Below the pieces are notes generated by a model. It made no database searches. It was not told the DNA's origin and worked only from the letters and a program-made list of their open reading frames with translations. From an archaeon (lineage in GTDB: Archaea; Iainarchaeota; Iainarchaeia; Iainarchaeales; JANQMZ01), in the NCBI GenBank assembly GCA_028279805.1, contig JANQMZ010000007.1, positions 30,001 to 62,000 on the forward strand: a DNA stretch of 32,000 nt, in the 5' to 3' direction. The translations under genes and the position numbers were made by a program. Position 1 is the stretch's first letter. The number at the start of each line of letters is the position of its first letter. Shown piece by piece: positions 17,406-25,642 of this stretch.

Positions 17406-17846
17406 ATGCATAGGCCTGTTAGTAAAGAACTGAAAAGAATTTTTGAAGAAACAAGTAAACATTTGCAGAGAGAACATTCCAGGTTTTTGGAAGAAGTTAA
17501 GCCGGGTGAAAGAAAAACTGATGTTATTGAAACGCATAGGGCTGAACTTGCTGAAATTAAAAACGCTTTGTCTTCAAATGATTTTGGCAATGTAAGCAGG
17601 CGTGCCATGAGGCTTGCAATTCGTTTGCTTGAATCTGATATTGAGTTTGCAAACAAAAGACTTAAACATTTTGAAAGACTTGGTGAAGAAGCTGCCAGAG
17701 AGGAATGGAACAGGGAACGTGAAACAGAAAAAGGTGTAATTTATTCACTGCCTTTTGAAGGTTTAATGACAAGGCTTAGAAATACTGTAAAATTGGGGCC
17801 AACCGCTTTAAGCATTTTAGAAGAAAATCTTAGAGAAAAAGTTTAA
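17406..17846 (+). CDS. Hypothetical all-helical, Arg/Glu-rich protein
   Basis: 146-aa ORF starting 16 nt after the tbp stop on the same strand. No motif I recognise and no TM segment. Its codon and amino-acid usage (R/E-rich) is distinct from the Lys-rich neighbours. Confidence 0.55.
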   Translation: MHRPVSKELKRIFEETSKHLQREHSRFLEEVKPGERKTDVIETHRAELAEIKNALSSNDFGNVSRRAMRLAIRLLESDIEFANKRLKHFERLGEEAAREEWNRERETEKGVIYSLPFEGLMTRLRNTVKLGPTALSILEENLREKV

Positions 17847-17865
17847 TTTTTTTTAAAAAAACAAC

Positions 17866-17875
17866 TTTTTTAAGC
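17866..17875 (+). promoter_or_regulatory. Candidate TATA-like element for the 5S rRNA
   Basis: TTTTTTAAGC is centred about 27 nt upstream of the 5S 5' end. It follows a T8 run (17847-17854) that could terminate the tbp transcript. Confidence 0.3.
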
Positions 17876-17896
17876 TTTAACAATCCCAATTATACT

Positions 17897-18014
17897 GATT
17901 AGCGGCCATACCGCAGAGGAAACACCCGGTCTCATTTCGAACCCGGAAGTTAAGCTCTGTAGGGTTTAGGCTGGCAGTGGGTTTTTACCTGCAGCCTCCT
18001 GAAAGCTGCTAATC
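17897..18014 (+). rRNA. rrf: 5S ribosomal RNA (stand-alone)
   Basis: GATTAGCGGCCATACCGCAGAGGAAACACCCGGTCTCATTTCGAACCCGGAAGTTAAGCTCTG... carries the conserved 5S core. The 5' GATTAGCGG pairs with the 3' CTGCTAATC as helix I. The helix IV/V hairpin is AGGCTG(G)CAG...CTGCAGCCT. No 16S or 23S in the window. Confidence 0.9.
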
Positions 18015-18048
18015 TCTTTTTTTTATGTTGCAGGCAATTGCGCTTGCA
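18015..18048 (+). terminator. T-tract plus hairpin downstream of 5S
   Basis: TCTTTTTTTTA sits immediately after the 5S 3' end. It is followed by hairpin TGCAGGC-AATTGC-GCTTGCA (18029-18048; 7 bp including one G-U). Confidence 0.4.
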
Positions 18049-18212
18049 GTGAAACCTATAAATTAGCAGCTTTAAAACAAAATTTTTTTATTCTATTCTT
18101 GAACCAAAAATGTCTTTTTATTTTAAGTATAATTTAATTTTAAGGGTTAAAAGCATAAGCAAGTGTTTTAATTCCTTTTATCATTATTTTCTAAGATTTA
18201 CAGGTTGTTTAA

Positions 18213-20360
18213 ATGTCTTCAAATAATGCTTTTTTGTCAAAAATTTGGGAAAAAAGGCATACAATTTTTTTGCTTTTAATCATTTTTATAATTGCTTTTA
18301 TTATCCGGGGCCATAACTTAAAATTTGACTTGTTTTTTGGTTTTGATTCTTATTATCACGCAAGAATGGTTGCGCTTTTATTAGAACAGGGTTTTTTGCC
18401 TCAGTTTGACCCTTTGGCTTACTATTATGTTGGAGGTTCTCCTGTTCCCACAACCGGATTGTTTTTTTGGTATTTTTCAGCCGCGCTTTACAAAGTTTTC
18501 ACATTAAACGCTCCTTACAGTAAAGAGTTATGGATTCAGTTTGTTAAAATTTTGCCGGCATTGTTTGGTTCTTTGACAGCCATTGCAATGTATTTTTTCG
18601 GAAAAGAACTTTATGGAAAGCATGCCGGTTACGGAATGGCTTTATTTTCAGCTGTTGTTCCAAGTTTTGTTTACAGAACAATGGCTGGTTTTTTTGAGGA
18701 AGACTCTTTGGGTTTTTTGTGGCTTATTATTGGTTTTACTTTTTTCTTTAGAGCAATGAAAAAACTTGATTTCAGCAAAGAATCTTTGATAAATGCATTG
18801 CTTGCTGGAATATTTTTTGGAATAATGTCTTGGACTTGGGAATTTTTTGTAATTGTGCCAATAATATGGATATTATATTTCTTTTTTGGTTCAATTAACA
18901 TTTATGCAAAACAAGGAGCAGAAAAATTAAAACCGTTTGTCGGATTGTTTGCAATTTCTTTTCTGGTTTTTACTTTTATGACTTTTTTCAGCTGGGGCTT
19001 TGAATGGATTAGCAGAATTTTTAATGTGACAATCGGCAATCTTCCGTTGGAAGGCGGAGCATCATTGTTTTTGTTATTGTTTGGCTTAATCATTTTTGGA
19101 TTTTTTGCTTTTATTTTGTTTTTTGGTTCAGCCAAGGATTCAGTTGAAAAACGCAGAAAATCTTTAAACCTGATTTCAATGATTTTGCTTTACGCTGCGT
19201 TTGGCGTAATTTTAATGATTTTATTCGATTTTGGAGGGCTTTTTTCATCACAATTTGAATCGGGAACCGTTTTAGGTGCAACAATCGGGGAAGAAAGTTT
19301 TGGAGGAACAACTTTTGGCTATAAATATAATATGCTTTTGCTTTTCCCGTTGCTTGCTTTGATAATAATTCCGTTTCATGTTTTTAGAAACAAAAAAGAG
19401 CATTTAAGTGTTATAATTTTTTTCTGGATTGCTTTAAGTTTAATTGGTGCTTTTTACAAACTTAAATTTACTTATTTGTTTGGCTTGCCTGTGGCCGCTT
19501 CAGCCGGAGTAATTTTAAACCAGTTTTTTGTTTTATGGAAAAAACGTTCAAACACTTTGGAAGTAAAATTTATAGCAATATTTTTTGCTTTTCTTTTGAT
19601 TGGCGGTGTTGCAGCTGGTTCTTATTTTGTTACAAAAAGGCCTCCTACGATTGAAACTCAGCAAAACTGGAAAAATGTTTTTGAATGGATGAAAAATGAA
19701 ACACCTGAAGATGCAACTTTTTTTAACTGGTGGGACAAAGGGCATTGGCTTACTTTTATTGGTGAAAGAAAAGCTTCTCTGGATAACAGGAATTATGATT
19801 TTCAAGGCGATTCAGATTTTGCCCGTTTTACAATTGAAACAAATGAAACTGAAGCTTTTAAAATTTTAAAAAAATACAAACCTGATTATTTGTTGTTTGA
19901 TTCAACGCTTATGCAGTCACAAACTTCTGCTATTGTAAATGGTGACAATATTTCCATTACTTCCCCTTCCATGTTTTTGTATGCTTATGATACTTTGAAT
20001 TTAAGCTCTGTTCCCGGCTTGCCTCAGAAAATGCAGGGATATTTGGCTGCTTATCTTCCATGCGGCGAAAGTGTAAATGGTTTTAACTGCCGCGGCAATT
20101 TTTTAACACACGATCAGATGGAAAATCTTCCGACAACAATTGCACAAAATCCTACAAGCTTGATTGCAGGAGGCAGGCTTCCTGTATTTTATTACAGGGA
20201 GGAAAACAATTCATCCATTGCCGTTGTAGGCCCGGAATCAAACAAGTCAATGCTTGTAAGAATCTGGTTTAATGACCCAAGCTTATCCCAATATTTTGAA
20301 CAGGTTTATTTTAAGGATGACATTAAAGTTTTCAAAGTAAAAGAAGAATTTTACCAATAA
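18213..20360 (+). CDS. aglB: Archaeal oligosaccharyltransferase AglB (STT3 family)
   Basis: 715 aa. A multi-spanning N-terminal half carries an acidic first-loop motif (FGFDSYYHARM) and FFEEDSLGF. The WWDxG motif is present as FFNWWDKGHW, followed by a soluble C-terminal domain. Confidence 0.9.
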   Translation: MSSNNAFLSKIWEKRHTIFLLLIIFIIAFIIRGHNLKFDLFFGFDSYYHARMVALLLEQGFLPQFDPLAYYYVGGSPVPTTGLFFWYFSAALYKVFTLNAPYSKELWIQFVKILPALFGSLTAIAMYFFGKELYGKHAGYGMALFSAVVPSFVYRTMAGFFEEDSLGFLWLIIGFTFFFRAMKKLDFSKESLINALLAGIFFGIMSWTWEFFVIVPIIWILYFFFGSINIYAKQGAEKLKPFVGLFAISFLVFTFMTFFSWGFEWISRIFNVTIGNLPLEGGASLFLLLFGLIIFGFFAFILFFGSAKDSVEKRRKSLNLISMILLYAAFGVILMILFDFGGLFSSQFESGTVLGATIGEESFGGTTFGYKYNMLLLFPLLALIIIPFHVFRNKKEHLSVIIFFWIALSLIGAFYKLKFTYLFGLPVAASAGVILNQFFVLWKKRSNTLEVKFIAIFFAFLLIGGVAAGSYFVTKRPPTIETQQNWKNVFEWMKNETPEDATFFNWWDKGHWLTFIGERKASLDNRNYDFQGDSDFARFTIETNETEAFKILKKYKPDYLLFDSTLMQSQTSAIVNGDNISITSPSMFLYAYDTLNLSSVPGLPQKMQGYLAAYLPCGESVNGFNCRGNFLTHDQMENLPTTIAQNPTSLIAGGRLPVFYYREENNSSIAVVGPESNKSMLVRIWFNDPSLSQYFEQVYFKDDIKVFKVKEEFYQ

Positions 20361-20375
20361 AAGGTGTTTTTTTAA

Positions 20376-21470
20376 ATGCGCACTCTTTTCAAAATGTTTT
20401 TATCATACATTCTGGTTTTTGTTATTTATTTTTTTATTCAACAGCCTGAATTTTTAATTTTGTCCACATCCTTTACTACAACTTTTTTTATTCTGCCCCC
20501 TTTTATTGCAAGAATTAAGGAAAGAGGCAACGGTTTTGTTTCAAAGGACATGAACAAATTTGATAAAAGAAAAATTCCCGAATTCGGAGGCTTTACAGTT
20601 TTTTTCGGATTTTTAACAGGCATAATTGCGGCAATTGCATTATTTTCCTACACCAACATTATTTTTTTTGATTTAACAATTCTTTTAGCCGGTTCTTTTA
20701 CTGTTGCAATTGTTGGTGCTGTTGGAATTGTTGATGATTTAATGGGCTGGAAAAAAGGAATTGCACAATGGCAGCATGCATTGGTTCCGGCTTTTGCCGC
20801 ATTGCCTTTAATGGCTATAAAAATTTCAAATCCTCCTATTTTTTTGCCAGTAATCGGTTTTCTTCCCAGCGAATTTGTTATTCCTTTCATCGGAGTTGTT
20901 TCATTCGGATTAATTTATTCATTGTTTTTTGTTCCGATTGGCATTACCGGTGCAAGCAATGCAACAAACATGCTTGCCGGCTTTAACGGTTTGGAAGCAG
21001 GCCTGGGCATTTTAATAATTGGAACATTGTTTTTAATTTCAATAATTAACGGCAAAATTGAAGCTGCAATTCTTTCAATTTCATTGCTTGCAGCCTTAAT
21101 TGCTTTTTTGTTTTACAACTGGTTTCCTGCAAAAGTTTTTGGCGGAGATTCCTTAACTTTAATGGTTGGCGCGGGAATTGCAACAATTTCAATTGTTGGA
21201 GATATTGAAAAAATTGCTGTTCTTTTAATGTTATTATATTTTATTGAACTTGGATTTAAAGCAAGGCACAGATTCAAATCCGAATGCTTTGGAATTCCTC
21301 AAAAAAACGGCATTTTAAAGCCTGATCCCCGCGGAGGCTCTTTGACTCATTGGATTATGCGCAGAGGCAAATTCACCGAGCCTCAAGTTGTTAAAAGAAT
21401 TCTTTTTTTGCAGTTAATAATTTCAGTAACAGTTGCATTGCTTTCACATTTCCAGTTAATATTAATCTGA
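20376..21470 (+). CDS. aglH: UDP-GlcNAc:dolichyl-phosphate GlcNAc-1-phosphate transferase (Alg7/AglH, MraY-WecA superfamily)
   Basis: 364 aa, polytopic. Motifs GIVDDLMGWKKG and NATNMLAGFNGLEAG. SD AAGGTG lies upstream. Confidence 0.85.
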   Translation: MRTLFKMFLSYILVFVIYFFIQQPEFLILSTSFTTTFFILPPFIARIKERGNGFVSKDMNKFDKRKIPEFGGFTVFFGFLTGIIAAIALFSYTNIIFFDLTILLAGSFTVAIVGAVGIVDDLMGWKKGIAQWQHALVPAFAALPLMAIKISNPPIFLPVIGFLPSEFVIPFIGVVSFGLIYSLFFVPIGITGASNATNMLAGFNGLEAGLGILIIGTLFLISIINGKIEAAILSISLLAALIAFLFYNWFPAKVFGGDSLTLMVGAGIATISIVGDIEKIAVLLMLLYFIELGFKARHRFKSECFGIPQKNGILKPDPRGGSLTHWIMRRGKFTEPQVVKRILFLQLIISVTVALLSHFQLILI

Positions 21471-21477
21471 GGCGTTT

Positions 21478-21927
21478 TTGTTGAAAATAGCATTAGTTTG
21501 TTCTGCCGGCGGGCATTTAACAGAATTATTGCAGTTAAAAAAATCATGGCAAAACACTGACCATTTTTTTATAACAGACAAACGAATGGATTCACAGGCT
21601 TTGGCTAAAAATAACAAAACTTTTTTTTTAACCGTTCCAAGAAGAAACCCGGTAAAATTGTTAATAAACTTTTTCCAGGCATTAAACCTTTACTTTAAAA
21701 CAAAACCAAATCTTGTTATCAGCACCGGTGCTGACACCGCAATTCCTTTTTGTTTAATAGCAAAGTTTTTCGGAGCAAAAATCATTTTCATTGAATCTTT
21801 TGCCCGCATTAAAGAACCGTCTTTGAGTGCTAGAATAATGTATCCTTTTGCTGACAAATTTTTTGTTCAATGGCCTCAGAATAAAAAATTTTTTCCAAAA
21901 GCAGAATTTGTCGGAGGCGTTTTTTAA
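21478..21927 (+). CDS. Alg14-like subunit of a split GT28-type UDP-sugar transferase
   Basis: 149 aa. ALVCSAGGHLTELLQL...ISTGADTAIPF...IFIESFARI fits the Alg14/PssD/Cps14F family. TTG start (21478 or 21481) follows a GAGG. No N-terminal TM segment. Confidence 0.8.
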   Translation: MLKIALVCSAGGHLTELLQLKKSWQNTDHFFITDKRMDSQALAKNNKTFFLTVPRRNPVKLLINFFQALNLYFKTKPNLVISTGADTAIPFCLIAKFFGAKIIFIESFARIKEPSLSARIMYPFADKFFVQWPQNKKFFPKAEFVGGVF

Positions 21928-22406
21928 TGAAAAATGTTTTTGTTACAATCGGAACTCACCCACAGGATTTTTCCCGTTTAATAAAACAAATTGATTCAAT
22001 TGCTTCCAAAAATAAAATTAAATTTTTTGTCCAAACAGGTTACACAAAATTCAAGCCAGAAAATTTTTCTTCAAAAAAGTTTTTATCAGATTCAGAGTAT
22101 AATAAAAAATTTGCAAAAGCAGATGTAATAATTTCCCATGGCGGAGCCGGAACAATTATTCGTGCTCTTGAATTAAAAAAATCTTTGATTATTGTTCCTC
22201 GTTTAAAAAAATTTAATGAACATACGAATGACCATCAGCTTGATTTGGCTAAAGCTCTGCAAAAAAGAGGAAAAGCGTTGTATGTGGCAAATATTTCTTC
22301 ACTTGAAAAAACGTTAAAAAAATCTCTTTCTTTCAAGCCAAAGTTTTCCAGCGAAAAGCAAAAACTCATAAAAGCAGTCAATTCTTACATTAAAAGCCTG
22401 AAATAA
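21927..22406 (+). CDS. Alg13-like catalytic subunit (Glyco_tran_28_C)
   Basis: 159 aa. VFVTIGTH..F.RL, ISHGGAGTI and NDHQLDLAKAL fit the Alg13/PssE/Cps14G family. The start overlaps the Alg14-like stop (TAATG). Confidence 0.8.
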   Translation: MKNVFVTIGTHPQDFSRLIKQIDSIASKNKIKFFVQTGYTKFKPENFSSKKFLSDSEYNKKFAKADVIISHGGAGTIIRALELKKSLIIVPRLKKFNEHTNDHQLDLAKALQKRGKALYVANISSLEKTLKKSLSFKPKFSSEKQKLIKAVNSYIKSLK

Positions 22407-23540
22407 TCATTTTTTTAGTTCTTTATACAATGAGTCAAATTCTTTTGCAATTGCTTTGATTGAATAATTTTTTTCAACACGCTTTCTTGATTTTTTTTCC
22501 AAACTTTTTCTCAAATCAGAATTTTCAATTAATTTAATTATGCCACGCGCAATGCTTTTCGGATTTTTTGGTTTGACAAGAACACCTGAATCCTGAAGCG
22601 TGTTTTTTATTTCCCCAAAATCGGTTGCAACAATTGCTTTTCCTGAAGACATGCTCTCCAATAATGCAATGCTTGTTGTAGCCTTAAAAGCAAAAGAATG
22701 AACAACAATTCTGGCAGCAGAATAAGCTTCAGGAACCTGCTTGTTTTGAATTTTTCCCGCAAATAAAACATTTTTTTGCAAGTTTAAATCTTCAACAAGC
22801 TTTTCCAGTGAGTTTTTCCCGGGTCCAGCTCCGAAAATTACAAATTTCCAGTCAGGATATTTTTTTACAACATGCTTCATTGCTTTAACCGTGTAACTGA
22901 TTCCTTTTGTGTTTGTTGAATGCAATGGTTTTGCTGACACAATCAGATTTTGTCCAAAAATTTGTGTAAATCTTTTTCCTGAAACTTTTGGATTGTACAT
23001 TTTTGAATCAATTGCACCCGGAATTTGAACAATTTTGTTTTTTGGAATGCCCCATTTTTGTAAAAATTGTTTTGAAACAAATTCAGACCATGAAACAATT
23101 TTGTCAAACTTTATTTTTGGCAAAAAAGTTTTATTAAACCAGTAAACAAGTTTCATGTTTAAGCTGACATTCACATCGCTTAAATATTCAACTGCTACAA
23201 TTAAAGGAATTTTCAAAGTTTTTGAAACTTTTTCTCCGATTATGCCGGGAAAAGCATCATTTTGTGCATGAACCAAATCAACTTTGTGTTTTTTTGCAAT
23301 TTCCACAGCTTTTTCTGCCTGTAACATGTATTCCCATTTGTGAAAAGCATGATGGCCTAAAACTTTTGCTTTGTATTTTTTTATTCCAAGTTTTTTTTCT
23401 TCTTTAAAATTTTTTTGCTCTGTTGTAAAAACAATTATTTCATGTTTTTTGCTTAATTCTTTTAACAAATTTGAAACAAAAACTTCTCCGCCTCCTCCGC
23501 CTTCAAGTGAATAGGTATGAGTAATAAACAGTATTTTCAT
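22407..23540 (-). CDS. GT4-family glycosyltransferase
   Basis: GT-B fold signatures: N-terminal EGGGGGEVF and C-terminal LESMSSGKAIVATDFGE. I prefer the ATG at 23540 (MKILFITH) over the GTG at 23549. Confidence 0.85.
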   Translation of the reverse strand: MKILFITHTYSLEGGGGGEVFVSNLLKELSKKHEIIVFTTEQKNFKEEKKLGIKKYKAKVLGHHAFHKWEYMLQAEKAVEIAKKHKVDLVHAQNDAFPGIIGEKVSKTLKIPLIVAVEYLSDVNVSLNMKLVYWFNKTFLPKIKFDKIVSWSEFVSKQFLQKWGIPKNKIVQIPGAIDSKMYNPKVSGKRFTQIFGQNLIVSAKPLHSTNTKGISYTVKAMKHVVKKYPDWKFVIFGAGPGKNSLEKLVEDLNLQKNVLFAGKIQNKQVPEAYSAARIVVHSFAFKATTSIALLESMSSGKAIVATDFGEIKNTLQDSGVLVKPKNPKSIARGIIKLIENSDLRKSLEKKSRKRVEKNYSIKAIAKEFDSLYKELKK

Positions 23541-23639
23541 TTTTTTCACTTTAATTTTGCTGATTGCCCTGAATTTAAAATTTTTGGTATTAAAATCGTG
23601 AAAATAAGGCTTAAAAAGCCTTTTTTGCTGATTATTTGC

Positions 23640-24752
23640 ATGTCTAAAAATATTCTTGTAACGGGTGGAGCCGGTTTTATTGGCTCTTTTATTGTAGATG
23701 AACTAATTGAACAGGGACATGAAGTAACAGTTTTGGATAATTTGTCAGAACAAGTTCATCCAACAGGAAAGCCTGATTATCTGAATCAGAAAGCGTCTTT
23801 CATTAAAGGTGATGTAAGAAACAGGGAAGATGTTGCCAAAGCTTTTGAGGATATAGAAATTGTTTTTCATCAGGCTGCTGCTGTTGGTGTAGGGCAAAGC
23901 ATGTATCAAGTTGAAGACTATGTTGATGTAAATGAAAGAGGTACAGCTGTTTTGTGGGATTATTTAATTAACAAAGAACATTCTGTTAAAAAATTTGTAA
24001 TAGCTTCTTCAATGAGTTCTTATGGCGAGGGATTATATCAAAATGAGTCAGATGAATTTGTTCAGCCTGATTTAAGGCCTGAAAACCAGATGGCTAAAGG
24101 CGAATGGGAATTAAAGGATAAAGACGGTGGCATTTTAAAACCTGTGCCAACCCCTGAAACAAAAAACCAGGATTGTAATTCTGTTTATGCTTTAACAAAA
24201 AAAGAACAGGAAAAAATGAGTTTATTGCTGGGAAAAACTTATGGAATTCCTACAACTGCTTTAAGATATTTTAATGTGTTCGGAACAAGGCAGTCTTTAA
24301 GCAATCCTTATACCGGTGTTGTGGCAATTTTTATGTCCAGAATTAAAAATAATAATTCTCCTGTTGTAACGGAGGACGGTTTGCAAACCCGTGATTTTAT
24401 TTCTGTTAAAGATGTTGTTCAGGCAAACATTCTTGCAATGAATTCTTCAAAAGCAAACAATCAAGTGTTTAATGTTGGAATGCAGAATCCTTTGACAATT
24501 AAAAGCATTGCTGAAAATCTGATTCAAATTTATGATTCAAATGTCAAGCCAAAAATAACCGGGCGTTTTAGAAAAGGAGATGTGAGGCATTGTTTTGCTG
24601 ACATTTCCAAAATTAAAAAAAAGCTGAACTTTGAGCCAAAAATTTCTTTTGAACAACAGCTTGAAGAAATTGTTTCATGGTCTAAAACTGTTCAAGCTGA
24701 TGACAAGTTTGATGAAGCTAATAAAAAACTTGAAGAAAAAGGTCTTTTTTAA
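23640..24752 (+). CDS. Extended-SDR NAD-dependent sugar-nucleotide epimerase/dehydratase
   Basis: I prefer the start MSKNILVTGGAGFIGS at 23640. The Rossmann GxxGxxG motif and catalytic YALTK are present. A roughly 45-aa insertion lies between the Ser and Tyr regions. Exact activity not assignable. Confidence 0.8.
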   Translation: MSKNILVTGGAGFIGSFIVDELIEQGHEVTVLDNLSEQVHPTGKPDYLNQKASFIKGDVRNREDVAKAFEDIEIVFHQAAAVGVGQSMYQVEDYVDVNERGTAVLWDYLINKEHSVKKFVIASSMSSYGEGLYQNESDEFVQPDLRPENQMAKGEWELKDKDGGILKPVPTPETKNQDCNSVYALTKKEQEKMSLLLGKTYGIPTTALRYFNVFGTRQSLSNPYTGVVAIFMSRIKNNNSPVVTEDGLQTRDFISVKDVVQANILAMNSSKANNQVFNVGMQNPLTIKSIAENLIQIYDSNVKPKITGRFRKGDVRHCFADISKIKKKLNFEPKISFEQQLEEIVSWSKTVQADDKFDEANKKLEEKGLF

Positions 24753-24767
24753 CTGGTTTTGTTTAAA

Positions 24768-25640
24768 ATGAAAGCAAGCATTATTATTGCAACAAAAAAC
24801 CGTTCAAATATTTTAGCCAGAAGTTTGAATGCAATGCTTTCCCTTGATTTTGATTCTTTTGAAATAATTGTTGCAAATGACGGTTCAACTGATTCAACAA
24901 AATCTTTTCTTGAAGACATTTCTTCCAAAACATCCAAAATAAAGGCTTTAAATTTTTCAAAAAGCCGCGGCCCCGCTTTTGCCAGAAACCGTGCTATTGA
25001 ACAGTCTAAAGGCCGTTTTATTGTTATAATGGATGATGATTGCATTCCTCAGAAAAAATGGCTTTCCCAGCTGCTAAAGCCTTTTGAAAAAAATAAAAAC
25101 ATCGGCATTACCTCCTCGTTTAATTATTTTGGAGGCACATCCACAGCTTATAGAGGAACATTGCTTCAAAAAATTGGCTTGTTTGATGAATCCTTTCCTT
25201 TTAATTACCGTGAAGACACTGACTCTGTGTTTAAAATTTTGGATCTCGGCTATAAAGTTGAAATGGTTAAAGCTCCTTTTGACCATTTTCACAAACAGCC
25301 TGAAAATTTTTTGCAAAAAATCAAATACGGTTTTAAAAGATTGTGGATGCACCATGTTGATCCTTTAATTTTTAAAAAACATCCAGTAAGAGGCAAAAAT
25401 TTTTTTGATGTAAAACTTGGTTTTATAAGGAATCCGGTAAAAGATTTTGAAGTTGCAACAGGTTTATGGTGGAAACGTTCTCCAAAATTAAGCCTTTCAA
25501 GCCCGCAGGGAGTAAAACTGATTGAAAATAAATCTCCGTTGCATTTTATTATAATAATTTTGGGAGGAATTTTTTATGCTGTTGCAATAAAGTTTGTAAG
25601 GCTTTATGGCAGTATTAAATATGGAAAACTTTTGGTGTGA
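24768..25640 (+). CDS. GT2-family glycosyltransferase with a C-terminal TM segment
   Basis: ASIIIATKNRSNIL, ANDGSTDST and IMDDDC are GT-A/DxD signatures. A hydrophobic helix lies near the C-terminus. I prefer the ATG at 24768 over the TTG at 24759. Confidence 0.85.
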   Translation: MKASIIIATKNRSNILARSLNAMLSLDFDSFEIIVANDGSTDSTKSFLEDISSKTSKIKALNFSKSRGPAFARNRAIEQSKGRFIVIMDDDCIPQKKWLSQLLKPFEKNKNIGITSSFNYFGGTSTAYRGTLLQKIGLFDESFPFNYREDTDSVFKILDLGYKVEMVKAPFDHFHKQPENFLQKIKYGFKRLWMHHVDPLIFKKHPVRGKNFFDVKLGFIRNPVKDFEVATGLWWKRSPKLSLSSPQGVKLIENKSPLHFIIIILGGIFYAVAIKFVRLYGSIKYGKLLV

Positions 25641-25642
25641 AA

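Noticed and set aside
18027-18055. CRISPR-repeat-like 29-mer GTTGCAGGCAATTGCGCTTGCAGTGAAAC (GTT...GAAAC ends, internal hairpin)
   Set aside because: It occurs only once in the window, with no spacer-repeat periodicity and no cas genes. It is more simply a post-5S hairpin or terminator.
23517-23639. 41-codon N-terminal extension of the SDR ORF (MSNKQYFHFFHF...)
   Set aside because: The extension overlaps the divergent GT4 start and is low-complexity. The canonical Rossmann N-terminus MSKNILVTGGAGFIGS begins at the internal ATG at 23640.
24749-25045. 98-aa minus-strand ORF
   Set aside because: It is antisense to the GT2 gene, which has clear GT-A motifs. It has no motif of its own.
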